64,000 nucleotides of DNA from Eledone cirrhosa. Its lineage: Eukaryota. Made by a program: the position numbers and the translations under genes. Below, piece by piece: positions 1-15,524 of this stretch. The notes beneath the pieces are model-generated. The model was not told where the DNA came from. It saw nothing but the letters and a program-made list of their open reading frames with translations, and ran no database searches. The stretch spans positions 130,448,001 to 130,512,000 of the forward strand of contig OZ024742.1 in NCBI GenBank assembly GCA_964016885.1. Direction: 5' to 3'. Each line of letters begins with the position of its first letter. Position 1 is the stretch's first letter.

Positions 1-54
1 TACTGTTGAAAATATGTACACGAATATATAATTATATATATATATAATTAATTA

Positions 55-950
<896 letters not shown>

Positions 951-1021
951 TAGATATCCTCACTGAACTTATAACATTAAGTTCACATGAAGATATGTCA
1001 CTATCTTAACACCAATTATTA

Positions 1022-1088
1022 TATTTTATCTGACGAAAGCATACTTAAATATTAGTATTAGTACCCTTGAAATACGTATAATAAAATA
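1022..1088 (+). ncRNA. Type I hammerhead ribozyme motif (PLE/pLTR-associated)
   Basis: Stem I TATTTTAT/ATAAAATA, core CTGACGA (1030-1036), stem II opening AAG/CTT, GAAA (1069-1072), palindromic TACGTA, then TA. Confidence 0.75.
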
Positions 1089-1221
1089 AATATGGTTTTA
1101 TAAAGATATTTTCCATTTATTAATATTATTGATATTAATGATACTCCGGATAAAACTGTTGAGTGCTTCTAATCTGTCTGTTGTAAAATTAACTTTGAGG
1201 AATAATCAACAAACCAAATAA

Positions 1222-1260
<39 letters not shown>

Positions 1261-1751
1261 CATAAAATATGTCTTTAGAATCACTAGATATAATATATAC
1301 CATTTCCTCTCCCAATTAGTATAATTAACCATATAAAAAATCAATTAGACCAAGCTATAAGAATAAAGGCTCCTATGAAGAAATCTCCGACAAATAACCG
1401 AAAGCAGCCCCTTCGCGGTGGCTACAATAGATTATTTATCTAACATTTCGACAGCATTTAAAAATCGACCAGATATACAGTCAACTAAACACAACTAGGT
1501 GTAAAATTGAACTTAGAAGAATTGCGTACATACCTAATTACCTCTACCATGGTTTCATCCGTATTTTAAGACATCCGATAACAAGGAATGTCCAGAGCGT
1601 CGGAATCATCAGGAGCGAGCTCAAAATAAGACATTTAATTTTCCAAAGTGATCGCGCCAAAAATACATTCATATATATATATATAAATGTAATCTGAGTT
1701 TTTCGAATATTAATAATAACATTCGATTCGTTTGCAATTGTGCAAAGAAGC

Positions 1752-1784
<33 letters not shown>

Positions 1785-2065
1785 CACACACACACATCAC
1801 AACACAACCTGATCTCAATTTGACAATCGTTACCGACGAATGCGAGAAAGTTCTCCAGGAAAGTTAACTAGGAATTTTTAAAAATCTTCCCACCGAAGTT
1901 AACAAAGAACTTACTAGATCTACCAACTCATAATATTATAATATTATAAAATAAATTAAATCAAATTGTTTAGAACTACAAGTGAAGTCATTCTTTTCCT
2001 TTTTTCAAATATACCTAACTGTAACAAGGATTTCACATTTCCCAATGCACACACACACACACACA

Positions 2066-2207
<142 letters not shown>

Positions 2208-2306
2208 ATTATATAATATATATATATGTATATATATATGTATGTATATGTATATGTATGTATATATTGCGCCCGTAACTTTTATTTTTCATTATATTTT
2301 TTATTT

Positions 2307-2382
<76 letters not shown>

Positions 2383-2391
2383 CATATATAT

Positions 2392-2455
<64 letters not shown>

Positions 2456-2470
2456 ATATATATGATATAT

Positions 2471-2506
<36 letters not shown>

Positions 2507-2634
2507 GCAAAAGTTCTATTTAAATTGTTGGGATACAACAAGCAAATATTATTATAACTGATATAAAGCACTCGACAAATATTTGGAGTAGATATACAAT
2601 ATTAATAAATGGAAACTATATTTATAAAACCATA

Positions 2635-2701
2635 TTTATTTCATTATATATATTTCAAGGATACCAAGTTAAATCATGCTATGCCTTCATCAGACAAAAT
2701 A
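2635..2701 (-). ncRNA. Type I hammerhead ribozyme motif in an inverted PLE terminal segment
   Basis: Minus strand reads TATTTTGT-CTGATGA-AGG...CCTT-GAAA-TATATA-TA-ATGAAATA. It is homologous to 1022-1130, including the downstream 'aaatatggttt.ataaa...ttccatttattaat'. Confidence 0.75.
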
Positions 2702-2821
2702 CAATATATAACAGTTTTACAAATAGATATTGACGTACCCTTTCAAAAAGGTGACCGTTATTTTTGGAGGCCATCCGGATAGTAGTTTGTTTACTTTAGT
2801 AAGTCATAGTGTTAAGAGTAA

Positions 2822-4492
2822 GTAAAAAGAAACTTTGAAAATGATTTACCAGTCAGATTAATTGCACCATCTAAATCTGACCTGGGCAGACTTAGCAAAA
2901 ATATTCTAGATAGAATAATACAACAAATTAAGAATTTACCTAATTTATCTTACTTAAAATTATGGAAAGGGACTAGTGAGGTTATCGATTGGTTTAAAGA
3001 AATTAAATATAACTATAATAATAAGTTTATTTAGTTGGATATTGCTAACTACTACTCATCTATCACTCCTAATCTACTGAATAAGGCACTAACTTACGCA
3101 TTTAAACATACAGACCTAACTAGCAATGAAATGCACATTATATTATCGGCACGGAAAACATTAATAGAATTTAATAACCAACTCTGGACTAGGGCAGATA
3201 GAAATAATAATTTCGACATAACTATGGGATCTTCAGACTCAGCTCAGGTAACGGACCTTGTGGGCCTTTTTATAATTAATTCTCTACATAGAAAAATACC
3301 AGGGGTAACCGGAGGCTTATATCGTGACGACATGCTTTTACTTATAGAAAATAATAGCTGTGAACTAAATAGAAAAAGAAAACAAATTATACAATTTTTT
3401 AATTACCTTAATCTAAAAGTAGAAATAGAGAATAACCATAAAATAGTCAATTTTCTAGATGTAACACTAAATCTAAACACATGTCTTCATTATCCATTTC
3501 ACAAACTAAATGAGAACTTAAATTATGTCAAATTTAACTCTAATCACCCCAGATCCATTAAAAATACTATAGTGAACTCGGTTCAAGAACGAATTTCAAG
3601 AATTTCATCTAATAAGAATATATTTGATGAAAAAGCGCATTATTACAACGAAGCGTTAGGTAGAGCTGGGTATAGAAATAAAATTAAATACATCGATAAT
3701 AATAATATACAAAATAACCAAAATAATAACAACTTTAATTATGGCAACAATTTCAACAACTATAATAGAAAATATTACAATAACTCCGAAAGCCGAAAAA
3801 GAAATAGAACTAGGAATATATTATGGTTCGCTCCTCCTTTCTCACTAAATATTAAAACCCCTATTGCTAAACTATTCTTTAAAGCTCTTGACAAACGATT
3901 CCCTAAAACACATAAATATTATTCAATTTTTAATAGACATACTATAAAATTAACTTACTCTTCCACCAAAAATTTAGCGCAAAATATTAATAGAATTAAT
4001 AATAGAAATTTAAAACCTAACCAAAATACCAATAATAACCCAAGCAATATTCAATCGAATAACTGTAACTGTAGAAATAAATCCAACTGTCCGTTAAATA
4101 ACAACTGCTTACCTAAAAATGTAGTTTATAATTGTAATGTTAAAACTAATTTAAATTCATTTAACTATGTCGGTTCTACCTCCACAGAATTTAAATCCCG
4201 CTTCAATAATCATAAAAATTCTTTTACAGATCCAAACAAAAAATCCTCAACTTCGCTATCTAGCCTATGATGGGACCTAAAACGAGATAATGTTGAATAT
4301 TCGCTGATTTGGAATATTATTTCAAAAGCTACTCCTTTTAATTCCTCTTCTGAAAATTGTGATCTTTGTATAGAGGAAATATTTTTTATATTAAAGACCA
4401 AAAATTCCCTTAATTTAAGGAATAATTTATTCAGTTGCTGCAGACATAGATTAAACTCAACGTTTAAATATAAATATAAATTTAAAATGTAA
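2822..4492 (+). pseudogene. Penelope-like element (Naiad-like) reverse transcriptase + GIY-YIG endonuclease, 5'-truncated, two in-frame stops
   Basis: One frame: NFENDLPVRLIAPSKSDLGRLSK...WFKEI...FI*LDIANYYSSI...FDITMGSSDS...LYRDD...VNFLDVTL...SNHP...WFAPPFS...CNC...CPL...VVYNC...YVGST...FKSRFNNH...SL*WDLK...CDLC...LN.RNNL.SCCRH. Stops are TAG 3032-3034 and TGA 4268-4270. Confidence 0.9.
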
Positions 4493-6295
4493 TTTAATTA
4501 ATTAAATAATTTAGTTAATATACGAAACCTGTCGATAAATCATTAGATTCCTTCACCTTTTTCATTTTCTTTGGTTAAGTACCCAAGTATAAATTTTCTT
4601 CATAAATATAATTATAAATATAATAAACTATTCTAGAAAAGTTTATCCTTTCAATATCTTGAATAAAATATACGTAAGATAAATTTATATACTAAACATA
4701 TTATTTTAGCTTAAAATATTCTATAATATTTTAAAATTTTTTAAGATTTTTTTTAAAATTAAAAAAAAATTTTTTTAAAAAAACTTTTTTAAGGATTTAA
4801 AAAAATTTTTTTTTTTTTTAAAGAAATTTTTTATTTTTTTTTTTAATTTTTAATTTAAAAAATTTTTTTAAATATTTTTTAATATATTGATATCTGTAGA
4901 ATCCTGTTTTTTAAGTTATAATATTTTATTTTTATTTTTTTATTAGATTCATTTTATTTATTTTTTTTTTATTAGATTCATTTTATATTTTATTTTTTAT
5001 TTTTTATTAGATTTGTTTTTATTCTGATAGCTTCTCATAATTTTTATTAGATTTATTTTTTTATTCTGATAGCTTCTCATAATTTTCAAAAGTTTGTCCT
5101 TTCAATGTCTTGATTAAAATATACGTAAGATAAATTTCTATGCTAAATATATTAAACATATTATTTTAACTTGAAATATTCTATAATATTTTGGGATATT
5201 TTAGTATTTTGATGTTTGTAGAATTCGTTTGCCTTTTAAGTTATATTGATATAATTATATTTCCAAAATATAATCCTTTTGTATTTTATATACTCAATTG
5301 TACTATGTTATATATTGATGTATACTTATGTCTATGTACGGCTTATGTACCTATATGTGTGTGTTGACATACATATACATATGTTATGTGTTTTTTTTTG
5401 TGATTATATATCTGTCTGTATATATGCATGAGTGACGCGTGTATACCAATTGAAGATACACACACATATCTATTCATGTATAGCTAAGAATTATGGGTGT
5501 GAATGTACAGGCTTACACATGCAGCTTTTGATTGCAGATATGCATAATTTAACAGCCATAAATGCAGAAAAGTTAATCCTATATATTTATATATACTAAA
5601 ATTTTTTAATTAATAACACAAGGAGTGTATAGCAATAAATAAAAAATCACTTATGCTTTGTATGTATACATTATGTGTGGGAGTAGATATAGTGTGTATT
5701 TTCTGAGTGAGTGAGTATATATATATATTTATCCACCTTTGCCTATGTGTATGTGATATACGATAGATAATCTCTCTAGCAATATATATATTTTATAATG
5801 TTTAAATTCCAATTTTTAATATATTGATCTCAATTTTTAAATTAAATATATAATCATAATTAAACAATGTGTAATTTCTTATATTATATATCTATATTCC
5901 ATTCACGAATATTAATATTTCTAATTTTATTTATTCATTTCATCTCAATTGTTAACTCAACTTAATATGACATAACTTAAGGTTTTCGTTCTCTCCCCCT
6001 CTCTCTATCTCTACATATCTCTCTCTTGAGTTCTTTCTCTATCTGATGTTTTGATATCTCCCCGTTATTTTTCCTCTGTTCTCTTTTCTTTTTGCTTTCT
6101 TCTTTTTTCTTTATCTATCTTTCCCTTTCTTTTCTCCACGTTTCTCCACGTTTCTCTCTCTCTCTCCATCTTTTTACTTACTCTTAACACTATGACTTAC
6201 TAAAGTAAACAAACCACTATCCGGATGGCCTCCCAAAACAGCGGTCACCTTTTTGAAAGGGTACGTCAATATCTATTTGTAAAACTGTTATATAT
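4493..6295 (+). mobile_element. Long AT-rich 3' region of the Naiad-like PLE
   Basis: Follows the ORF and contains internal direct repeats (~4637-4731 vs ~5088-5192). 6169-6295 is the reverse complement of ~2705-2830. Confidence 0.6.
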
Positions 6296-7205
6296 AGCGT
6301 GCTTATCAAAATAGCAGATACAAGTGTAGGTTTTGCTCCCAAGAACCTTTTGAAATCATGAAATCTAAGGATATCCTATTAAATAAGCGACAGGAATTAA
6401 TTATATCTTGCAATCATAGAATTAGAAAAACCTTCAAATATTATAAACTTAATTAATATATACCTTACTCTTATATTTTACAAATTATTATAATTAATTT
6501 TTTAAATTTCGTTAACCTATAATTAGTATTTTTATCTATCTCAGTTTTTCCATATATTTTTTATTGCTTTAATTTTTTACTTCTTTATTTATCACATTCA
6601 TATGAATTAATATAATTTTATCCCTGTAAGTATACCTATCAATTAATTTAATTTCCTGTTATGTATCCAGATTCCTTGTAGTTTAAATAAGATTGGTATT
6701 TCTCACTAATACCCTTATCCAAAAATTTTTGTTTTTTCCTTCGTTTTTAACTACATTCTTTAATAACATCAAATTTTCGTGTATACTTCACTATCTTCTT
6801 GACTTGACCTCATTTTAACCTCTATCTTTCTCCTCCCCATAGTATTCTTTTCATTCAAAGGAAAATTCTGCACTCCTCCACTCCTAGATTTAATTTCTAC
6901 TACTGTTATTCTATCAACTTGACCTCTAACTCATTTCTATTGGTCAATTCAAAACCTGTTCCAAAACAGACTCTTTATATTAATTCTTTGTTTTTTTTCA
7001 ATAAACACATCTCATCATTTCTGAGGACGGCATGTATATGTGAAGGTATGTATATTTCCTCTGATAATTTGTAATATTTTTACATAGATCTTAAACATGA
7101 TATACATACCAACACACACATATACATCCCAGAAACGATCGTAAAATGATGAATTTTTTAATATAAGCAACTTGTTCTTTGTTTTTATTTCATTGTTTTT
7201 ATTAA
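6296..7205 (+). mobile_element. 3' end of a second Naiad-like PLE (GIY-YIG C-terminus + 3' UTR + hammerhead)
   Basis: 6301-6456 translates to AYQNSRYKCRFCSQEPFEIMKSKDILLNKRQELIISCNHRIRKTFKYYKLN*, matching the CxxC...LNKR.EL...CxH C-terminal pattern. This frame is absent from the ORF track. Confidence 0.8.
7012..7152 (+). ncRNA. Type I hammerhead ribozyme with greatly extended stem II
   Basis: Stem I TCATCATTT/AAATGATGA (9 bp), CTGAGGA 7021-7027, stem II ATGTATATGTG/CACATATACAT plus GGTATGTATAT/ATATACATACC, GAAA 7132-7135, palindromic CGATCG, then TA. Confidence 0.8.
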
Positions 7206-7249
7206 TATATATATATATATATCTTTATATACATCTTTATACACACACA

Positions 7250-7378
<129 letters not shown>

Positions 7379-7388
7379 CTTTATATAC

Positions 7389-7420
<32 letters not shown>

Positions 7421-7439
7421 ATATATTCACACTATAGTG

Positions 7440-7560
7440 AAGGCGTGTGGCTGAGTGGTTAGAGAATTGGATTCGCAATCGTAAGGTTGTGAGTTCGATT
7501 TCTGGACCAGGCGATGCGTTATGTCCTTGAGCAAGACACTTTATTTCACGTTGCTCCTTC
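7440..7560 (+). mobile_element. tRNA-derived SINE
   Basis: A-box-like TGGCTGAGTGG and B-box-like GAGTTCGATT, followed by 'tgtccttgagcaagacactttatttcacgttgctcc'. An inverted relative lies at ~54900-55005. Confidence 0.75.
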
Positions 7561-7679
7561 TACCTGGAGTTGCGACCGATAGATAGTATTAGCATTGGAA
7601 AGACCAACGGAAACATTGTTCCCTCGGTCCGATTTGACGAAAGTCGATCGTTCCTTTATATATATATATATATATACAT

Positions 7680-9629
7680 GCACACCGGCTCCGGACGCCC
7701 CAGACCCGTTTCTCGCCCTGGGCCGACGACCATCTTCTTGGACGCCGGCCCCAGGGCAATTTAGCACCCTGGACGCGTTCGTCGATGCCAGCCGTAGCGC
7801 CGTAAATCGTTTCGACTTCCGCCACCGTTCCAAACGGAATAATATCTCACGGGGCGAACTCCTCGCTCTCCGTTCCCTCCGTAGCCGAGATGACATCGTC
7901 ATCAAACCGGCGGACAAGGGAGGCGCCGTGGTGGTGTGGCGCGCGGACCTCTACATGGCCGAAGCCCTTAGGGAGCTCCGTAACCCCCTCTTCTACCGCC
8001 CTCTACCCTCCGATCCCACACCCCTCTACCAACAACAAGTTTCCTCCACCATCCAACACCTTGTCTCCTCCTCCCCCCACCGCTTCCCACATCATCGTCT
8101 GCACCCCCCGCACCCCCACCATCTACTTCCTCCCCAAACTCCACAAACCCGACAACCCCGGCCGCCCCATCGTCTCCGCTTGCAACTGCCCCACCGAACT
8201 CATCTCCGCCTTTCCCCTCGCCCCCCTTGTCACCACCCTCCCCTCCCACATCTCCGACGCCAACCACCCCCTGCGCCTTTTCGATTCCTTCACCTACCCA
8301 CCCGGCCCACAGCCCTTCCTCTTCACCCTAGACATCAAGTCCCTCTATACCGTCATCCCCCACGCCGACGGCCTACGCGCCCTCAAACACTACCTCGACC
8401 TTCGCCTCGCCGAGCTGGTCCTCACCCTCAATTGTTTCTCCTTCTCGGGTGAGTTTTACCAACAGGTCACGAGGGTAGCCATGGGTACAAGAATGGGCCC
8501 AAACTAGGCCAACCTTTTTGTTGGCCATGTTGAGGCCCAAATCTTTGCCCAGTACACCGGCCCCACGCCCGAAATGTACGGTCGTTACATCGACGACTGT
8601 ATCGGAGCCACGACCCTCACCCGAGAACAGCTCGACTCCTTTCTCTCCTTCTTCTGCTCCTTCCACCCCTCCCTCCACTTCACCACCTCTATCTCCACCA
8701 CCCACGTCCACTTCTTAGACATCTCCGTCGCCTTCGACCCCTCCCACCACGCCCTCGTCACCTCCGCCTTCTTCAAACCCACCGACTCCCACTCTTACCT
8801 CGCCGTCACCTCTTCCCACCCCACACACACTAAACGCTCTATTCCCTACTCCCAACTCCTCAGGATCCGCCGCCTCTGTAGCCGAGATGCCGACTTTGAG
8901 TCCCAGGCCCTTTCCCTAGTCAGCCATTTCATCCGCAGAGGTTAACCCCCTCTCTCGTCCACACCGCTCTCACCCGCGCCCGTGCTGTCCACCGCTCCAC
9001 CACCCTCACCCCACGCCACCGCACACCCACCCACCGTCTCCCCTTCCCCATCACCTACCACCCCTCCACCATACCCCTCCACCACACCATCCTCCGCCTC
9101 TTCCGACGCCTCCAGTCCGACCCCTCCACCTCCCACATCTTACCAGCCCCACCACTCCCCTCCTTCAAACGCGCACGCAATCTCCGCACCCTCCTCGTTC
9201 ACAGCTCCCTACCCCCCAAACCACGCTCTCCCCCCCGGTTCCTTTCCCTGTTCTAGGCCCCGCTGCAATACCTGTCCCCACATCACCAACACCACCACCT
9301 TCCAGGGTCCCAACGGCCACTCTCTCTCTGTCCGGCATGCCTTCCGCTTCACCTCCTCCAACCTAGTCTACGGACTTCGCTCGGACAGACTGGACGTCGC
9401 CTGGCGGACAGAGTTACTGAGCACCTCTGGGATATTCGTCTCGGTGGTAGTTCCCCCATCGCCCGCCACTTTGGTGCCCCTGGACATTCCGCACGCCATC
9501 TCACAGTCTGTGGCCTACTCCAATGCCACGGAACACCCGCCAATCTCCTAAGAGTTGAACAACGAACCATCTTCATCTTACAGACCCACACTCCCCCCGG
9601 CCTGAACTCCCCACCCTTATTCCTTTAGC

Positions 9630-9630
<1 letters not shown>
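7680..9630 (+). pseudogene. Penelope-like element (Poseidon/Neptune-like) RT + GIY-YIG, frameshifted
   Basis: IVIKPADKGGAVVVW, YFLPKLHKPDNPGRPIVS, LDIKSLYTVIPH, AMGTRMGPN*ANLF, RYIDD, FLDI, KPTDSHSYL...SSHP, RG*P, CSRPRCNTC, SNLVY, GQTGRRLADRVTEH. Split over several frames. Confidence 0.92.
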
Positions 9631-11619
<1,989 letters not shown>

Positions 11620-11882
11620 TTATAACTCCCCCTGGTCGAGTAATCCTTGAAGTGTAGTGACTGCTGGAAAGCTGCCATTACTCATACTTCTTACCTCCTT
11701 AACCACCTCTTCTACGGCCTCGATATAAATACCCCCTCCGCCTCCGTGGTATTTTTTTCAGGGTTATAAGGGACTTAGCTCTGTTTCTTGACCGTCGTAT
11801 CACGTGATTGACTCCCCTCCGCCTTTTGGGATTCTATCTCACATCTTATAGACGTGCTCTTTGAAGCTAGTAAAAGGAGGTA

Positions 11883-11972
11883 TCCTCTTGATAAGTCGGC
11901 AGACCTCACAAAAGCTCTATATCTCTATGATGTATTGTTTTTGATTATGCCACGAAACTACGTAGTCGAGGA
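11883..11972 (+). ncRNA. Type I hammerhead ribozyme, U3-A8 core variant
   Basis: Stem I TCCTC/GAGGA, core TTGATAA (11888-11894), stem II GT(C)GGCA/TGCCAC, GAAAC-TACGTA-GTC with predicted cleavage after C11967. Confidence 0.7.
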
Positions 11973-12155
11973 ATCTAGAAGCAGTTTAGGTATGATACAT
12001 CTTATTACTAATTATATCTAAATGTTTCTTCTCTCTTCATATGACTCCAGTTCCCCAGTGAATTAACAACCCAACAAGGAACTGGGCATATCAGAGTATT
12101 GACAATATCATACACCTGAATAACATATGTACTTGTCTATATCATACTAATTCAA

Positions 12156-12210
12156 ACTGCCTGAAGAGGTCACAGCCAAAGATGGCTGTCACTGAAATAT
12201 ATATAGCAGT
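12156..12210 (+). ncRNA. Type I hammerhead ribozyme
   Basis: ACTGC-CTGAAGA-GGT.ACAGCCA-AAGA-TGGCTGT.ACT-GAAA-TATATA-TA-GCAGT. Confidence 0.85.
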
Positions 12211-12351
12211 AATAAACGAAGCTAAATTTTAATCATTTGACTTTTATTTAACTTTATTTTACATTACTCCGGAGTAACCAAACCAACCTGCGCACTTCGT
12301 CGAGTGCTCCAGCCTGCATACTGAGGTGTTGGTATACAACCAACATAAACT

Positions 12352-12430
<79 letters not shown>

Positions 12431-12589
12431 AGGGGAGTATATAGATATTAATAATGGAAGTATGTAGAGTTCAGACAATAACAGTTTTGTCATTTATAAC
12501 TCTAAAGCTGTTGCTGTTGTTGTTGTTGTTCTTTATCTTCTTCTTCTGAACACTGCAAACTTCTCCTCATGATCTTCTTCCTCTCCATT

Positions 12590-12615
12590 CCTCCATCATA
12601 GTCGTCGTCATCGCC

Positions 12616-12676
<61 letters not shown>

Positions 12677-12709
12677 CAGCAGCACCACCACCACCACCAC
12701 TACCACCAC

Positions 12710-12748
<39 letters not shown>

Positions 12749-12782
12749 TCACCACCACCACCACTACTAATACTACCATCAC

Positions 12783-12814
<32 letters not shown>

Positions 12815-12840
12815 CCACCACCACCACCACCACCACCACC

Positions 12841-12896
<56 letters not shown>

Positions 12897-12945
12897 CACT
12901 ACTACTACTAATAATAATAATAATAATACCACCACCACCACCACC

Positions 12946-13030
<85 letters not shown>

Positions 13031-13035
13031 TCACC
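12590..13035. repeat. Compound trinucleotide microsatellite (CTA/CCA/GCA/ATA)
   Basis: Direct reading. Confidence 0.95.
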
Positions 13036-13229
13036 CCAAAGACTGCCCCTGAACACATTAAAACATCGTCAACCCCAACATAACGGCTGGTTCTGTCAAC
13101 TCCATGTACGTAATACCACGGCAGTATTGAAATATGTTTGAATAAAGTAGGAACAAATCACATCAGATGTGAAAACATACGTCTAGCATCAGCTTTGAGA
13201 AACAGATATAAGTTTTGTGATTTCTCTGT

Positions 13230-13315
13230 GAATCAGAAATTTTTTATTATTTTCAAAATGAAGGGAAAATCATAGGCAGTATATCTCATTAGAAATATAT
13301 TAACGAAAGGGTTAA
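13230..13315 (-). mobile_element. Possible piggyBac-like MITE end
   Basis: Terminates in AAAGGG|TTAA (TTAA-CCCT on the minus strand). The other end was not found. Confidence 0.35.
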
Positions 13316-13519
13316 ACCTATTATGAAATATTTGTCTTAAAAATTGCTGGTAAATTCTGGTAAAATCTAAAGTGAAAATGAATTTAAATTTGAGCCACAG
13401 GCAGAGAATTAAAGGTGAATTAACCCAAAATACCCTAATTACCATTTTATTACATTTAACACACATACATACATACATACATACACACACATACATACAT
13501 ACACACACACACACATACA

Positions 13520-13583
<64 letters not shown>

Positions 13584-13934
13584 CGTACATATACACATAT
13601 ATGTATATTTATATCTATCTAGCTATCTATATACAATAAGACCCTACCTAACAGACATCCTACTGACGAACTTCCGCAGATACGAACAGTCTCACGTAGA
13701 AAAAAAATAGTGTTGTTGTTTTCTTCCTGGATAAGTTCGTTTTTGTGGGCTCCTTCGGGCCCTGGTTCCTTCTTTTTCAACATAAAAACAAGCCGAAATC
13801 GTACCTACGGCATGGGATGCCATTCTGCTTTCGCAGAATTGAATAAGTACTTTTTCTTTAGCAATTTATTGTCATTAGCTTTACAGAATTTTAATTCATT
13901 ATTACATTATTACATTATTATGCTCTCCAGCATA

Positions 13935-14423
13935 GTTACGTCCCTTTACGATCTGAGTTCAAATCCTGCCGAGGTTAACTTTGCCTTTCATCCTTACGGG
14001 GTCGATAAAATAAAGTACCAGTAATGCTCTGGGTAATTGTTGGCCTGGTGCCAAAAGTAGAAACAATTATTACATTATTACACGGTGGTTTGGCAGTATC
14101 AGTAGAGAGTCTGACGCCGTGCTTTGCAGCAAAGAGTTACGGCGTTTATGGTTAACTTTGTCTTTCATCCTTATGGGGTCGATAAAATAAAGTACCAGTA
14201 ATGCTCTGGGTAATTGTTGGCCTGGTGCCAAAAGTAGAAACAATTATTACATTATTACACGGTGGTTTGGCAGTATCAGTAGAGAGTCTGACGCCGTGCT
14301 TTGCAGCAAAGAGTTACGGCGTTTATGGTTAACTTTGCCTTTCATCCTTATGGGGTCGATAAAATAAAGTACCTAATACACTGGTAAGTTCTGTCCTTGT
14401 GCCAAATGTAGAAACAATTATTA
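13935..14423 (+). mobile_element. Head-to-tail tandem copies of an abundant SINE-like repeat (~177-bp unit)
   Basis: 'ggttaactttg.ctttcatcctta.ggggtcgataaaataaagtacc' recurs at ~13973, ~14149 and ~14327. B-box-like GAGTTCAAAT at ~13955. Confidence 0.8.
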
Positions 14424-14499
14424 CATGTTATATATAGCTCTATATACTGTATATATATATATACCTCTATATTACATGTTATATATATACCTCTATATA

Positions 14500-14537
<38 letters not shown>

Positions 14538-14764
14538 CTATATTACATGTTATATATATACCTCTATATACTGTATATATATATTTCTATATTACATGTT
14601 ATATATACCTCTATATGCTGTATATATATATACCTCTATATTACATGTTATATATACCTCTATATGCTGTATATATATATACCTCTATATTACATGTTAT
14701 ATATACCTCTATATGCTGTATATATATATACCTCTATATTACATGTTATATATACCTCTATATG

Positions 14765-14804
<40 letters not shown>

Positions 14805-14840
14805 CATGTTATATATACCTCTATATGCTGTATATATATA
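14420..14840. repeat. AT-rich minisatellite (~40-50 bp unit)
   Basis: Repeats of 'atacctctatattacatgttatatatacctctatatgctgtatatat'. Confidence 0.9.
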
Positions 14841-14864
14841 TCATTCATATGGAAACCTGCAGAT

Positions 14865-15060
14865 ATAATTGTTTCAACTTTTGGCACGAGGCCAGCAATT
14901 ATTCCAGTGCATTACTGGTACTTTATTTTATCGACCCCGTAAGGATGAAAGGCAAAGTTAACCTCGGCGGGATTTGAACTCAGAATGGCAAGGGCCGTAA
15001 CTCTATGCGTAAAAGCATGGTGTGCGACCCTCTACCGATACTACCAATCCACTACACCTG
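14865..15060 (-). mobile_element. SINE-like repeat, inverted copy
   Basis: Reverse complement of the 13935-14423 unit. Confidence 0.8.
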
Positions 15061-15109
15061 CAGTAATAATGTAATATATATGGGCTTGATTGTACGTACT
15101 GTGTTATAC

Positions 15110-15180
15110 GATCAACTTACGAACAAATTACTACGAACGGCCTCTTGGAACGTAACTCGTTCGTAAGTTGGGGACTTATT
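15110..15180 (-). mobile_element. Tigger/pogo-like MITE terminal fragment
   Basis: CAACTTACGAAC...GTTCGTAAGTTG inverted pair followed by GGGACTTA. Confidence 0.4.
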
Positions 15181-15453
15181 GTATATATATTTGTGTGTGC
15201 ATATAAATATATACCTACATACTTGTGTGGGCATATAAATATATATATATGTGCATTTTCCGGCGTATTGCTGTAAGCGGTCATTGCAGTCTGGGCTCAA
15301 TATCATGCAATAAATTTATGCACGAAATTGCATTGCCTAGCGAGTGACTGATGAAGAAGTTGGATACTTTCGTTCATTCGTCTCACGTATTTGTTTTTTT
15401 ATTCCTGTGCAACTTTGCTATGTATGTATGTAAGTATGTATATATGTATGTAA

Positions 15454-15488
<35 letters not shown>

Positions 15489-15524
15489 TGTATGTATGTA
15501 TGTTTGTATGTATGTATATATGCA

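Noticed and set aside
4268-4270. In-frame TGA as selenocysteine (selenoprotein Naiad elements have been described)
   Set aside because: The TGA falls at the hydrophobic position before W in LS.Y(I/V)W rather than at a conserved Cys. The Cys motifs use normal codons, a separate TAG nonsense at 3032 shows decay, and no SECIS was recognised. A family consensus retaining TGA would reopen this.
7440-7512. Functional tRNA gene
   Set aside because: A/B boxes are present but the cloverleaf is imperfect and it runs into a SINE body.
8505-8945. Programmed readthrough at two Tyr-position stops (GPN*AN, RG*P)
   Set aside because: Single-base TAY-to-stop changes in an element that also has frameshifts and deletions indicate decay.
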